Source of the DNA: Parcubacteria group bacterium GW2011_GWA1_56_13
GTDB lineage: Bacteria; Patescibacteriota; Minisyncoccia; Phycocordibacterales; Phycocordibacteraceae
Assembly (NCBI GenBank): GCA_001004905.1
Contig: LCRY01000002.1
Span: forward strand, 1,559-65,558
Length of the DNA stretch: 64,000 nt
Direction: 5' to 3'
Shown here: piece by piece, positions 37,871 through 48,164 of the stretch
Position numbering within the stretch: position 1 is the stretch's first letter
Layout of the letters: every line of letters starts with the position of its first letter
Program-made: the position numbers and the translations under genes
Notes under the pieces: model-generated
Seen by the model: only the letters and a program-made list of their open reading frames with translations
Told to the model about the DNA's origin: nothing
Database searches by the model: none

Positions 37871-39076
37871 GTGTACCACATAGACCGTCGCGAGATAGCG
37901 GCGGTGACCGCCGTCATGAAAAAAGGCCCGTTGTCGGGGTTCGTTGGGGAGCCCGGTCCGGAATTTTTCGGTGGCTGTGCCGTGCGGCGGTTCGAGCGGG
38001 CATTCGCGCGGAAATTCGGAGTGAAGCACGCGACCTCCTTCAATTCAGCGACGACGGCGCTTCATGGCGCGATAGTGGCGCTCGGTATCGGTCCGGGAGA
38101 CGAGGTCATCGTCCCGCCGTACACGATGTCGGCGAGCGCGACTTGCGTGCTGATGAACGGCGCGGTGCCGATCTTCGCCGATATCGAGCCGGACACCTTC
38201 TGTATCGACCCGAGAGACGTCGCACGCAAGATAACCAGGCGGACCAAGGCGGTCATGATGGTGAATCTGTTCGGGCGGACGGGCGACATGAAGGCGCTCC
38301 TCTCGCTTGCGCGCAGACACCGGCTCGCGATTATCGAGGATAACGCGCAGTCAGCGGGTGCCCGCTTCCATGGCCGCTATACGGGAACGATCGGCGATAT
38401 TGGCGTTTTCAGCTTCAATGTTCATAAGCAGATACAATCCGGCGAGGGTGGGGTACTCGTTACTAACAACCGGAAGTTCGCGGACCGCGCACTGCTTGCA
38501 CGCAACCATGGCGAGAACCTCTCCGGCGAGTACTCCGGCGCCGGTCCCATCTTCGGCACGAACTACCGCATGACGGAGGTGACAGCCGCCATCGCCGAAG
38601 TGCAGCTCGAAAAGCTCGACTTTCTGAACCGGAAGCGCGTCGCACTCGCGCGTCGCCTCTCGAAGCGGCTCGCCGGCACCCCGGGGCTTACTCTGCCGCG
38701 CCCGCCCGAGGGCGGAAGCCACGTGTATTACGCTTATCCGCTGCGTTTCGATGAGAAGGCGGCCGGCCTCTCGCGGGCGGAATTCGTCAGGAAACTGCAA
38801 AAGCGCGGCTTCCCGATCGGCGCGGGATATGTAGAGCCGCTGTATCTCCTTCCTCTTTTCCAGAAGAAGCAGGCATTCAATGGGACGCACTTTCCCTTTG
38901 ACTACAACGGCAGGGCGGAGCCCGATTACCGCAAAGGCCTGTGCCCAGTGACCGAGCGCATGCATTACCGGGAATTCGTGGGGACCGACGTCTGCCAGCA
39001 TCCCTACACCGCGGCGCACATCGACGCCTTCGCCGTCGCGGTGAAGGAAGTTCTCGCGCAAGCGAAGAAGCGATGA
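37871..39076 (+). CDS. DegT/DnrJ/EryC1/StrS-family sugar aminotransferase
   Basis: Start moved to GTG 37871 (..YHIDRREIAAVTAVMKKGPLSGFVGEP). PLP lysine in FSFNVHKQIQSGEGGVLVTNN. Confidence 0.8.
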   Translation: MYHIDRREIAAVTAVMKKGPLSGFVGEPGPEFFGGCAVRRFERAFARKFGVKHATSFNSATTALHGAIVALGIGPGDEVIVPPYTMSASATCVLMNGAVPIFADIEPDTFCIDPRDVARKITRRTKAVMMVNLFGRTGDMKALLSLARRHRLAIIEDNAQSAGARFHGRYTGTIGDIGVFSFNVHKQIQSGEGGVLVTNNRKFADRALLARNHGENLSGEYSGAGPIFGTNYRMTEVTAAIAEVQLEKLDFLNRKRVALARRLSKRLAGTPGLTLPRPPEGGSHVYYAYPLRFDEKAAGLSRAEFVRKLQKRGFPIGAGYVEPLYLLPLFQKKQAFNGTHFPFDYNGRAEPDYRKGLCPVTERMHYREFVGTDVCQHPYTAAHIDAFAVAVKEVLAQAKKR

Positions 39077-40050
39077 AAGCGCTTTTCGCCGCACAGGACC
39101 CGGGCGGAGCGAACGCGATTCTGCCGGTAGCTGCCGCGCTCATGGCGCACGGCGATACGGTCGTAGCGCGGGTCGAGGGCGCCGCCCAACACATGTTTGC
39201 GGCGCGCGGCTTTCCGCTCGGCGCGATCAAGCCCGACGTGGTCGTCCTCGGCACGAGCGGAGGGGAGAGCGTCGAGAAGCGGGTTACCGATGAGTTTCGC
39301 CATGCGGTGCCGATTGTTGCGGTCTTGGATTTCTGGTCCAATTATTGGCAGCGCTTTTCCACGCTCGGTGCCAAGGATTTCGCGTACCTGCCGGACCGTA
39401 TCTGCGTGATGGACGAAGTCGCGCGGGACGAAATGCTCGCGGAGGGCTTCCCGCCGGAGCGCATCGCGGTGACCGGCAATCCGCATTTCGACCATTTTGC
39501 GGATGGCATCACGCGCGACCGCGAAGACCCAAAGCGCGTCCTGTTCGTATCGCAGCCAATCCGAGCCGATGCTCGCCTTCCGGGTTTCGCGCCGGCGGCG
39601 GCCGACGAATTCAGTTTGCTTGCGGACGTAACGGCGGCCCTGCCTCCCGGCCATACGCTCTCCGTCCGGCTCCATCCGCGCGACGAGCGGAGCAAATACG
39701 ACGCATATCTTGATGGGCGGGTAACGCTCGCGCCAGAAAAAACGCTCGAAGAAGCTCTTTCGGCAAGCGGCCTCATCATCGGTCCCGCGACGCCCGTCCT
39801 CATGCAGGCCGCCGCGGCGGGGAAAAAGGCGCTCTGCTATGAACCCGGGCTCTCGGCCCCGGACACGCTCGTCAGCAACCGCGTCGGCGTGACGACACGC
39901 GTTTCCTTGCCGGAGGAACTCAGGAGCGCGCTCGCGGCGTATGTGCGGCGAGACTGGCCATACGCTACGCGACCGTTGCGGGACGTATGGCCGCTCGGCG
40001 CGACCGAACGCGTTGTCGCCGTTGTCCGTTCGCTTGCGGAAAGAAAATGA
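39073..40050 (+). CDS. GT-B-fold protein, possible PseG-like UDP-sugar hydrolase or NeuC-like enzyme
   Basis: Start ATG 39073, ATGA overlap. MKALFAAQDPGGANAILPVAAAL N-terminus typical of MurG/PseG-like GT-B proteins. Function uncertain. Confidence 0.35.
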   Translation: MKALFAAQDPGGANAILPVAAALMAHGDTVVARVEGAAQHMFAARGFPLGAIKPDVVVLGTSGGESVEKRVTDEFRHAVPIVAVLDFWSNYWQRFSTLGAKDFAYLPDRICVMDEVARDEMLAEGFPPERIAVTGNPHFDHFADGITRDREDPKRVLFVSQPIRADARLPGFAPAAADEFSLLADVTAALPPGHTLSVRLHPRDERSKYDAYLDGRVTLAPEKTLEEALSASGLIIGPATPVLMQAAAAGKKALCYEPGLSAPDTLVSNRVGVTTRVSLPEELRSALAAYVRRDWPYATRPLRDVWPLGATERVVAVVRSLAERK

Positions 40051-40063
40051 TGCAAAATAGGCC

Positions 40064-41212
40064 ATGAAGATGATTCCTTATTCAACGCAAGACATCAATG
40101 AGGCCGATATACGGGCGGTCGCGGCTGTCCTGCGTTCGGGATGGCTCACGCAGGGCCCCGCACTTGAGCGATTCGAGAAAGCTATCGCAAAGAAAGTCGG
40201 CGCGAAATTCGCCGCCTCCTTCAACTCCGGCACTGCCGCCCTCCATGCCGCCTACTTCGCCGCTGGGGTGGGGAAAGGAGATGAGGTCATCGTGCCCGCG
40301 CTCACGTTCGCCGCGACCGCGAACGCCGCACTCTATCTCGGCGCGAAGCCGGTATTTGCCGACTCGGATATGCACACCGGCACTATGAGCGTATCTGACG
40401 CGCGTAGGAAGATAACCAAGCGGACGAAAGCGATCGTGCCGGTGGATTACGCCGGTTGCCCGGCCGCTCTTTCGGAATTCCACACCCTCGCCAAGAAGCG
40501 CCGCCTCGTTTTCATAGAGGATGCCGCGCAGGCGCTCGGCGCGACATATCGCGGCCGTCCGGTCGGCACGCAGGCGGATATGACAATGTTCAGTTTTCAT
40601 CCGGTGAAGTCCATCACGACCGGCGAGGGAGGCGTCATTGTTACCGATAACGAGGACTACGCTCGTGCCATGCGCCTCTTCCGTAGCCACGGCATCAGCA
40701 AAGATGCGACGACATTTGCGCGCAAAAATCACGGCGCATGGTATCAGGAGATGCAGGCGCTCGGCTTCAACTATCGCATGCCGGAAATGTCCGCCGCGCT
40801 CGGAGAAAGCCAGCTGAAACGGCTCGATACGTTCATAACGAAGCGGCGCGCGGCCGCAAAGCGGTACGACAGATTGTTCAAGAATGTTCCCGGTCTCATC
40901 CTGCCGCCTCCAGAACGTATCCACGAAAAGTCGGCGTGGCATCTCTACCCGGTGCGGCTTGCGCCCCGTATCGCGCACAAACGCGACGAAGTTTTCGCGA
41001 AACTGCGCGAAGCGGGCATCGGCGTGCAGGTTCACCACGTACCCGTACATCTCCATGTTTTTTACGAAAAACTCGGATACAAGAAAGGTCTTTGTCCGAA
41101 TGCCGAAGCATTTGTTGCTTCCGAGATTTCCATTCCATTATTTCCAAACATCACGCTAAAACAACAGCAGTTTATTGCTAATACACTGAAGCGCATCCTC
41201 GCACCGACATGA
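40064..41212 (+). CDS. pseC: PseC-like UDP-4-amino-4,6-dideoxy-sugar aminotransferase (DegT family)
   Basis: MIPYSTQDINEADIRAVAAVLRSGWLTQGP and FSFHPVKSITTGEGGVIVTDNEDYARAMRLFRSHG closely follow PseC landmarks (WLTQG; SFH.IKPITT.EGG.VVTND; LFRSHG). Confidence 0.8.
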   Translation: MKMIPYSTQDINEADIRAVAAVLRSGWLTQGPALERFEKAIAKKVGAKFAASFNSGTAALHAAYFAAGVGKGDEVIVPALTFAATANAALYLGAKPVFADSDMHTGTMSVSDARRKITKRTKAIVPVDYAGCPAALSEFHTLAKKRRLVFIEDAAQALGATYRGRPVGTQADMTMFSFHPVKSITTGEGGVIVTDNEDYARAMRLFRSHGISKDATTFARKNHGAWYQEMQALGFNYRMPEMSAALGESQLKRLDTFITKRRAAAKRYDRLFKNVPGLILPPPERIHEKSAWHLYPVRLAPRIAHKRDEVFAKLREAGIGVQVHHVPVHLHVFYEKLGYKKGLCPNAEAFVASEISIPLFPNITLKQQQFIANTLKRILAPT

Positions 41213-42540
41213 CCAACTCTCTTAGGAACAGGACGGGCCAGAAACTATGGCGAAAGGCAAAGAAACTGATACCCGGAGGGAACCAGCTCCTTTCCAAGCG
41301 TGCGGAAATGTTCCTGCCGGAGGAATGGCCCGCGTATTATTCAAAGGCAAAAGGATGCGAGGTGTGGGATTTGGATGGGAAGAAATACATCGACATGTCC
41401 ATTATGGGCGTCGGTAGCTGCATTCTCGGCTATGCTGACCCGGAAGTGAACGCGGCGGTAAAGAAAGCCGTTGATAACGGTTCCATGTCTACCTTAAATG
41501 CGCCGGAAGAGGTGGAACTCGCCGAACTCTTATGCAAGGTCCATCCGTGGGCGCAGATGGTCCGATACGCCCGTACCGGCGGGGAGGCGATGGCCATCGC
41601 GGAGCGCATCGCGCGCGCCCACACTGGCAAAGATGTCATCGCGTTTTGCGGCTATCACGGCTGGCACGACTGGTACCTTGCGACGAACCTTGCGCGCAAA
41701 GACGGGCTCAAAGAATACCTGCTCGCGGGGCTTCTGCCCGCCGGGGTGCCGAAAGGCCTACGCGGGACCATCCTGCCGTTCCACTACAACAATATAGAAG
41801 ATCTCGAAGCTATCGTTCGGAAGACGGGCAAGCATCTGGCCGCCATCGTAATGGAGCCGATACATGGCGTCGAACCGCGGAATAATTTCCTGAAAAAAGT
41901 CCGCCGCATCGCCGATAAAACCGGTGCCGTCCTGATTTTTGATGAGATAACCGTCGGATGGAAGCTCACGTACGGCGGCATGCATTTGAAATACAAGGTC
42001 AATCCGGACATCGCCGTTTTTAGCAAGGCGATGAGTAATGGCTACCCGATGGCAGCCATCATCGGAACGCGCAAGGTAATGGAGGCGGCGCAGAGTTCTT
42101 TTATATCCAGTACCTACTGGACCGAACGCATCGGGCCCGTTGCCGCGCTCGCGGCGCTTAAGAAAATGAAGCGGATAAACGCCCCGAAACGCATAGAAAA
42201 AGCGGGCAGGGCAGTACGCGCCGGCTGGACGAATCTCGCGCGCAAACACGGCCTCCTCATCACTCTCGGTGGAGTTATCCCTATCAGCAGTTTTACGTTC
42301 CAATACGGCAAGGACAGCCAGGCGCTCAAGACGCTCTTCGTGCAGGAAATGTTGGACCGAGGATTCCTCGCGACAAATATGTTCTTCGCTTCTTGCGCAC
42401 ACACAGATGCGCGTATCAGGAACTATCTCCGTGCCGCGGATGAGGCGTTCGGCGTCATCGCCGAAGCGATAAAAAAGGGTGATGTGCGCAAACGGCTTCG
42501 CGGTCCCGAAGCACACACGGGTTTTGAACGCCTGAACTGA
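41209..42540 (+). CDS. Class III aminotransferase (glutamate-1-semialdehyde aminomutase-like)
   Basis: PLP lysine AVFSKAMSNGYPMAAIIG. IFDEITVGWKLTYGG. 443 aa. Confidence 0.8.
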   Translation: MTNSLRNRTGQKLWRKAKKLIPGGNQLLSKRAEMFLPEEWPAYYSKAKGCEVWDLDGKKYIDMSIMGVGSCILGYADPEVNAAVKKAVDNGSMSTLNAPEEVELAELLCKVHPWAQMVRYARTGGEAMAIAERIARAHTGKDVIAFCGYHGWHDWYLATNLARKDGLKEYLLAGLLPAGVPKGLRGTILPFHYNNIEDLEAIVRKTGKHLAAIVMEPIHGVEPRNNFLKKVRRIADKTGAVLIFDEITVGWKLTYGGMHLKYKVNPDIAVFSKAMSNGYPMAAIIGTRKVMEAAQSSFISSTYWTERIGPVAALAALKKMKRINAPKRIEKAGRAVRAGWTNLARKHGLLITLGGVIPISSFTFQYGKDSQALKTLFVQEMLDRGFLATNMFFASCAHTDARIRNYLRAADEAFGVIAEAIKKGDVRKRLRGPEAHTGFERLN

Positions 42541-42542
42541 CT

Positions 42543-43319
42543 ATGGCAAAGGTCGTTGCAATCATCCAAGCACGTATCGGTTCCACCCGCCTGCCGGGGA
42601 AGGTGTTAAAACCCATTTTGAGAGAGCCGATGCTTGCGCGCATGCTTGAGCGCGTGAAGCGCGCAAAAGAAATTGAACGTGTCATCGTGGCGACATCCGA
42701 AAAATCGAGAGACGATGCCGTCGCCGAGCTCGCCAAGCGTGCCGGTGTCAGTGTCTTCCGCGGAAGCGAAGATGACGTGCTTGACCGCATGTATCGGGCG
42801 GCGAAGGATGCGAGCGCCGACGTGATCGTCGGCCTCACGGGCGACTGCCCGCTCCACGACCCGGGAGTTATTGATGAGGCCGTGCGGCATTTTATCGCCG
42901 CGAACAATCCCTTCGCCTATGCAGGCACCCCGGCGAATTATCCGGAAGGTCTTGATACCGACATATGCACCTTCACCGCATTTGCGGAAGCGGCGGAACA
43001 GGCGCGGCTCCATTCCGAGCGCGAGCATATCGCCCAGTACTTCAAGAATCATCCGGAACGCTTCCATGGATTACCATGGACAGTGGGCGAGGGCGACTAT
43101 TCATCAATGCATTGGTCGGTTGACACTGCGCAGGACTTTGAATTCGTGACGAAAGTATTCGAGAAACTCCACCCCGCCAATCCGAGTTTCAATAAAGACG
43201 ATGTTCTTGCGCTACTCGCGCGACAGCCGGAACTTCTGGAGATAAACAAAGGCGGCACCGGATACGAAGGACTCGCGAAGTCTTTGAACATGGACGAAGA
43301 GATGAAAAAAACGCCATGA
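42543..43319 (+). CDS. CMP-nonulosonic-acid synthetase-family cytidylyltransferase (SpsF/PseF-like)
   Basis: VVAIIQARIGSTRLPGKVLKPI is the SpsF-type CTP_transf_3 signature. Confidence 0.8.
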   Translation: MAKVVAIIQARIGSTRLPGKVLKPILREPMLARMLERVKRAKEIERVIVATSEKSRDDAVAELAKRAGVSVFRGSEDDVLDRMYRAAKDASADVIVGLTGDCPLHDPGVIDEAVRHFIAANNPFAYAGTPANYPEGLDTDICTFTAFAEAAEQARLHSEREHIAQYFKNHPERFHGLPWTVGEGDYSSMHWSVDTAQDFEFVTKVFEKLHPANPSFNKDDVLALLARQPELLEINKGGTGYEGLAKSLNMDEEMKKTP

Positions 43320-44236
43320 CGGACAAAAAAACAAAACTTGTACTTGGTACCGTACAGCTCGGCATGAAATACGGCCTCAATAACACGCACGGCCAGCCGA
43401 CGCGCGAGGAGTCGTTCTCCATCCTGGACGCGGCGCTTGCCGTCGGCATTGATACGTTTGATACCGCCTATGCCTATGGCGGGGCGGAAGACGTGCTCGG
43501 CTCATGGATACGCGAGCGCTCGCTGGCAGGCAAAGTTCGCATCATTTCCAAGATGAGGCCGCACGCGCTCAACGACTATCCGGATGGCACAAGAGCGTCC
43601 GACGTAGTCATGAGGGAATTAGAAAAATCACTCAAGCGCCTCAATTTGGAATCCCTGGACGGCTATTTGTTCCATTCGCCCCACTACATATATCTGCGCC
43701 ACATGGTGGAAGGCATGCGAGAGGCACAAGCGGCCGGCCTCGTGAAGAACATCGGCGTCTCCATTTATGACGAGCCGGAGGCCCTGCAGGCCGCCGAGCT
43801 TGGCGTTGATTACGTGCAGGTGCCCTACAACGCGTTTGACCAGCGCTTGGACGCGACTGATTTTTTTGAGCTGGCGAAGAAGAATAACGTAACCGTATTT
43901 GCCCGCAGTCCGTTCCTGCAGGGCCTCTTGGTCATGCCGCCCGAACGAGTGCCGGAGCACCTCTCGTACGTTCGCCCGTACCTGCTCCAGTTCGCGGAAA
44001 TCGCACAGCGGCACAATCTGTCGCCCGCGTGGGCTGCTCTTCTGTTCGTAAAAGAGCATTGCCGCGCTCAACAGGTCGTTTTTGGCGTCGAGACGCTTCC
44101 CCAGCTCGAAGAAGACAAGGCCATCATGAACGAGCTCGCATCCGGTGCGAAATGGGCGTCCGAGATAGAGACCGCCTTCAGACAGATGAATCGCGGCGCC
44201 ATTAATCCGAGCTTATGGAGCAGGATAAAGAAATGA
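43316..44236 (+). CDS. Aldo/keto reductase
   Basis: LVLGTVQLGMKYGLNN. AKR TIM barrel. Confidence 0.85.
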   Translation: MTDKKTKLVLGTVQLGMKYGLNNTHGQPTREESFSILDAALAVGIDTFDTAYAYGGAEDVLGSWIRERSLAGKVRIISKMRPHALNDYPDGTRASDVVMRELEKSLKRLNLESLDGYLFHSPHYIYLRHMVEGMREAQAAGLVKNIGVSIYDEPEALQAAELGVDYVQVPYNAFDQRLDATDFFELAKKNNVTVFARSPFLQGLLVMPPERVPEHLSYVRPYLLQFAEIAQRHNLSPAWAALLFVKEHCRAQQVVFGVETLPQLEEDKAIMNELASGAKWASEIETAFRQMNRGAINPSLWSRIKK

Positions 44237-44847
44237 GCCCGGACGCCATCATTGTCTTTCCGGCAGGCATTGTCCCGCTCAACGACGTGAAAACCGAGTG
44301 GCGTAGCACCACATATGACGAGAATGACGCATTCGGCACACTCGGCGGCCACGATCGTGTGAGAGCTGCCGCACTTCTGGCACGGCGATATCCAACTGCG
44401 GCGGTTGTCACGACCTCTCACACGCTCGGGCGTCCTGCCCCAACGCTGGCTGACGTATACGAAAACGAGCTCATCGGACTCGGTGTAGCGCGTGAGCGCA
44501 TACTGAAAGAGGAGAGTTCTAACACAACGCGGGCAGGCCTCGTAGCCTCTCTCGAACTTGCAAGACGAAAGAGGTGGAAGCGCCTCTTGTTCGTTTCAAG
44601 CGGTTTCCATGTCCCACGCATCCGCGCGTTTCTGGAGCAAGAACACAACGACATTGACGTGAAATGCGCCGCTTCCGAACCGTTACTCTCGGCGGCAGAC
44701 CCCTCTTTTGCCGCGCAGTTCGCCGCGGTGCAGGACACACCCGCTTACAAAAAACGCCTGGTCTCCGAGGAGCGCGGCATTCAGGCGATCAAATCCGGGG
44801 ACTATCGTTCGGCGTCGGCAGAGGACAAACTGGAGCGCGAGGCGTAA
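44233..44847 (+). CDS. DUF218/YdcF-like protein
   Basis: Start ATG 44233 (ATGA overlap). IIVFPAGI. LLFVSSGFHVPR. Confidence 0.6.
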   Translation: MSPDAIIVFPAGIVPLNDVKTEWRSTTYDENDAFGTLGGHDRVRAAALLARRYPTAAVVTTSHTLGRPAPTLADVYENELIGLGVARERILKEESSNTTRAGLVASLELARRKRWKRLLFVSSGFHVPRIRAFLEQEHNDIDVKCAASEPLLSAADPSFAAQFAAVQDTPAYKKRLVSEERGIQAIKSGDYRSASAEDKLEREA

Positions 44848-44858
44848 CATCTTTGCAT

Positions 44859-46079
44859 ATGCGGATAGGAATGAAAGAGGTAGGCCCGGGGAACCCAACC
44901 TATGTCATTTTTGAAGTTGCGAGCACGCACGGCAATGACTGGGAAACGGCAAAAGCGTACATCGCGCAAGCGGCAGACGCCGGCGCCAACGCGGTGAAGT
45001 TCCAGCTTTTCACGGCCGATACGCTCATTAACCCGCTTACGCCTGGGCTCAAGGGCACCTACGACTACTTTAAAACTGCCGAGACGCCGCGTGAATGGTT
45101 CCCTAAGTTGAAAGTGCTCTGTGATGAGAAGGGAATTGACCTCTTATGCACGCCCTTCGATATCGACTCCGCGCGATTCCTCGACGAGGTCGGCGTCCCG
45201 GCGGTCAAAATCGCTTCCGGCGAATTGACGAATCTGCAACTGCTCGAGAGTGTCGCCACTTTTGGCAAGCCGATTATTGTCTCAACCGGTATGGCGACGA
45301 TGCAGGAGGTCGAGCGAGCCGTGCACATTCTCCGCACGAACGGCGCAAAAGAAATCGCGCTTCTCCAGTGCGTCTCGGTCTATCCGACGAGTTTTGAAGA
45401 CGCGAACGTTTCGGCGATGAACACGCTCGGAGACGCCCTCGATACCATTATCGGTTATTCAGATAACGGTTCTGTAGGCGCATTGGTGCCATTGATGGCT
45501 GTCGCGATGGGTGCATCCATCATCGAGAAGCATGTGACTTCTAAGAAGGAACGCGGCTCGCTTGATGATGTGTTCTCGATGTCGGTTGAAGAGTTTGCGC
45601 AGATGGTGATGAAGATTCGCGCTATTGACGCTCGTGCAGATAAAAAAGAAGTTCTTAAAGAGCTTCGTGAAGAATTCGGTGCGGACTTTGACAAAGCGCT
45701 TGGCGATGGTATCAAGCGTCCGGCACCACATGGTACGCTCGTTACCCACCCGGGTGTTGAAGGCGAGTTCCGTATGAAGGAGGCCGATGAACGGCAATGG
45801 GCTCGCCGCGGAGTGTATCTCAATCAAGCGGTCGCGAAGGGTACGACAATAACAAAAGAAATGCTCACCCTGCTCCGGCCCGATATCGGCATCTCGAGCG
45901 TCGACTATGAACGTGTCATCGGCACGGTTGCCGGAGAGGACTTACCGCCGATGCTGCCGCTCAAGATGCAGGGAGAAGCGGTGGTCCTCTTCCATAAAGC
46001 GGACATCGCGCCGACCTATGCCGACCCGAGCGAAGCGGGCTTCGTGAAGATGCTCGGAGAGACAGCGCTCTTCGCCTAG
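44859..46079 (+). CDS. N-acetylneuraminate/pseudaminate-type nonulosonic acid synthase (NeuB/PseI/SpsE family) with C-terminal SAF domain
   Basis: Start ATG 44859 or 44871. NPTYVIFEVASTHGNDWETAKAYIAQAADAGANAVKFQLF. PAVKIASGELTNLQLLESVATFGKPIIVSTGMATMQEVERAV. Confidence 0.85.
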   Translation: MRIGMKEVGPGNPTYVIFEVASTHGNDWETAKAYIAQAADAGANAVKFQLFTADTLINPLTPGLKGTYDYFKTAETPREWFPKLKVLCDEKGIDLLCTPFDIDSARFLDEVGVPAVKIASGELTNLQLLESVATFGKPIIVSTGMATMQEVERAVHILRTNGAKEIALLQCVSVYPTSFEDANVSAMNTLGDALDTIIGYSDNGSVGALVPLMAVAMGASIIEKHVTSKKERGSLDDVFSMSVEEFAQMVMKIRAIDARADKKEVLKELREEFGADFDKALGDGIKRPAPHGTLVTHPGVEGEFRMKEADERQWARRGVYLNQAVAKGTTITKEMLTLLRPDIGISSVDYERVIGTVAGEDLPPMLPLKMQGEAVVLFHKADIAPTYADPSEAGFVKMLGETALFA

Positions 46080-46083
46080 TGCT

Positions 46084-46977
46084 ATGCATACTCCCGAACA
46101 TTCCGGTACGCGAGTGGTGACGGTTGACGGTTCAGACGTCATTGAGTGTACGGGGTGTGGTTTTAAACATGTGATGCCGCTTCCGACGCCTGAGGTACTT
46201 AAGACGTTTTATGAAGATGAATTTTATCAAGAAGAGCGAAAGGACTATTTTAAAGAAGTCGAGGAGGACAAAGACTGGTGGATGCTCACCTACAATCACT
46301 ATTATGATCTGCTTGAAAAGCATACGAAGGGCAGAAAACTACTTGATATAGGGTCAGGCCCAGGGCTGTTTTTGGAATGTGGTAATGCACGCGGGTGGCA
46401 GACACTCGGCTTTGAGCCGTCACCGCGAGCGGGTGAGTACGCGCGAAGTCTCGGTTGCGAAGTGGTGACGGACTTTTTTACCGCTGAACAGGCAAAGCGC
46501 TACGGCCCGTTCGACGCGATTACGCTCAACTTCGTTCTCGAGCATGTACCGAACCCGACAGAACTTATTGCGCAGGCGCGAAGCCTGCTCGCGCCGGGCG
46601 GCGTGCTCTTGGTCGTCTCACCGAACGATTTCAACCCGCTCCAGAAACTTCTGGTCGAGCATCATGGTTATACATCGTGGTGGGTTGTGCCGAAGCACCA
46701 CCTCAATTATTTCGATATCGAGTCGGCTTCCCGCCTTCTCGTATCCCGCGATATGGCGGTGATCGAGCGGGAAGCGACGTATCCCCTGGAGCTCTTTTTG
46801 CTCTCCGGCCGCAATTATGTGGAGCATCCAGAGCTTGGCAGAGTCTGCCACAGTGAACGCAAGGCGTTCGAGTCCGCTTTGTATCGCCATAAGAGCGACT
46901 TAATTCAGAAAATGTTTATTGATTGGGCGAAGCAAGGTATCGGGCGTGAAGTGGTCTCTATTAGCAAAAAAGGATGA
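46084..46977 (+). CDS. SAM-dependent methyltransferase with N-terminal zinc ribbon
   Basis: CTGCGFKHVMP. LLDIGSGPGLFLECG. Confidence 0.75.
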   Translation: MHTPEHSGTRVVTVDGSDVIECTGCGFKHVMPLPTPEVLKTFYEDEFYQEERKDYFKEVEEDKDWWMLTYNHYYDLLEKHTKGRKLLDIGSGPGLFLECGNARGWQTLGFEPSPRAGEYARSLGCEVVTDFFTAEQAKRYGPFDAITLNFVLEHVPNPTELIAQARSLLAPGGVLLVVSPNDFNPLQKLLVEHHGYTSWWVVPKHHLNYFDIESASRLLVSRDMAVIEREATYPLELFLLSGRNYVEHPELGRVCHSERKAFESALYRHKSDLIQKMFIDWAKQGIGREVVSISKKG

Positions 46978-48164
46978 GAAAGAATAAATCTACAATGGAT
47001 TCAAAAAAATGGGTCGTGTGTCTTGGAGGAAGTGATTCAAAGATACCTATCATACAAGCTGTGCAAGACCGCGGTATGCGATGTGCAGTAGTGGATCATG
47101 ATTCAGACAGTCCGGCTAAGCGATACGCCGATTTATTTTTAAACATAAGTATTTTTGATTCGGTAGCCATCATAGATGCGTTGAAGCAAGCTAATATACT
47201 TCATGCAACCGCCTTTGTATTTGCGTACACGTCGTTACAAGAAGGTCAATTATCAGCAAGCCGATTGACTAAGGGACTTAATATTCCTATTAACTTAAAA
47301 GAATCATGGTTGGAGAATTCTTGGAATAAAATAGCATTCAAAAGATTTTGTAGTGCAACGGGCATCACGACTCCAGCGTTTACAGAATCTCTCCAAGGTG
47401 GTGGCACACACATGTTTTTGGAAAGATATGGTAAAGCGGTGTGCAAGCCAATAGAGGGAGGTGTCGGATCAAAGTCTGTTTTTTTTGTTGATATGTTGAA
47501 CGATGAGCAGGTTATTGATAATTCGTGTTTTCTAGAGCAATATATAGACGGTGATCTTTATTCGTATAACGGCATTGCAATAAAAGAGGAAGTGCCGTTT
47601 TCTCTAGTATTGCGTAAATATACACGCACAGACGGTAAAAATATCGCTGGATTTTCTTCGCGCGTGGACAGAAAGCTAGGAGCGCGTATCATTAATCAAT
47701 GTAAAGTCGCCGCTTTATCTATGCATCTACGTGATACGTTTTTCCATTTTGATATTCTCGTACGAGATGGTGTCAGCTATTTCATTGATTTTGGTCTTCT
47801 TTTGGATTGCCGAGTTAACGAGTTGTTGCTATATGGCGGTTTTAATGCGTATGGGTATATTTTGGATGAAGTATTAAACCTTCCTACCATAGAACACGTA
47901 AGATATACTAAAAACGAAACTGAAACAGCCATAGCTTTCGTGTATCCGATTCAAGAAGGTCGTCTGCGCAGTCTACCAACTTCTCTCTCCACCGTACTTC
48001 CTGGGTGCTCTGCATACATCTGGAAAAAAGAAGGAGACTTTGTCAAAGTTGAAGGAACAGTGGAAGATGAAATTGGGTATGTTGTGGGCCGTGATGTCGA
48101 TTGGTCTAAGGTAAAAAATGTGGCGGGCATGCTCGAAGAAGAGATTATTATTGAACCGGTATGA
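46974..48164 (+). CDS. ATP-grasp-fold ligase
   Basis: VCKPIEGGVGSKSVFFV ATP-grasp glycine-rich loop. Rossmann-like N-terminus VVCLGGSDSKIPIIQA. In a low-GC island. Confidence 0.55.
   Translation: MRKNKSTMDSKKWVVCLGGSDSKIPIIQAVQDRGMRCAVVDHDSDSPAKRYADLFLNISIFDSVAIIDALKQANILHATAFVFAYTSLQEGQLSASRLTKGLNIPINLKESWLENSWNKIAFKRFCSATGITTPAFTESLQGGGTHMFLERYGKAVCKPIEGGVGSKSVFFVDMLNDEQVIDNSCFLEQYIDGDLYSYNGIAIKEEVPFSLVLRKYTRTDGKNIAGFSSRVDRKLGARIINQCKVAALSMHLRDTFFHFDILVRDGVSYFIDFGLLLDCRVNELLLYGGFNAYGYILDEVLNLPTIEHVRYTKNETETAIAFVYPIQEGRLRSLPTSLSTVLPGCSAYIWKKEGDFVKVEGTVEDEIGYVVGRDVDWSKVKNVAGMLEEEIIIEPV

Noticed and set aside
38351-41056. Series of long minus ORFs (247, 353, 324 aa)
   Set aside because: Antisense to the three motif-supported aminotransferase/GT-B genes. 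Typical high-GC open antisense frames.
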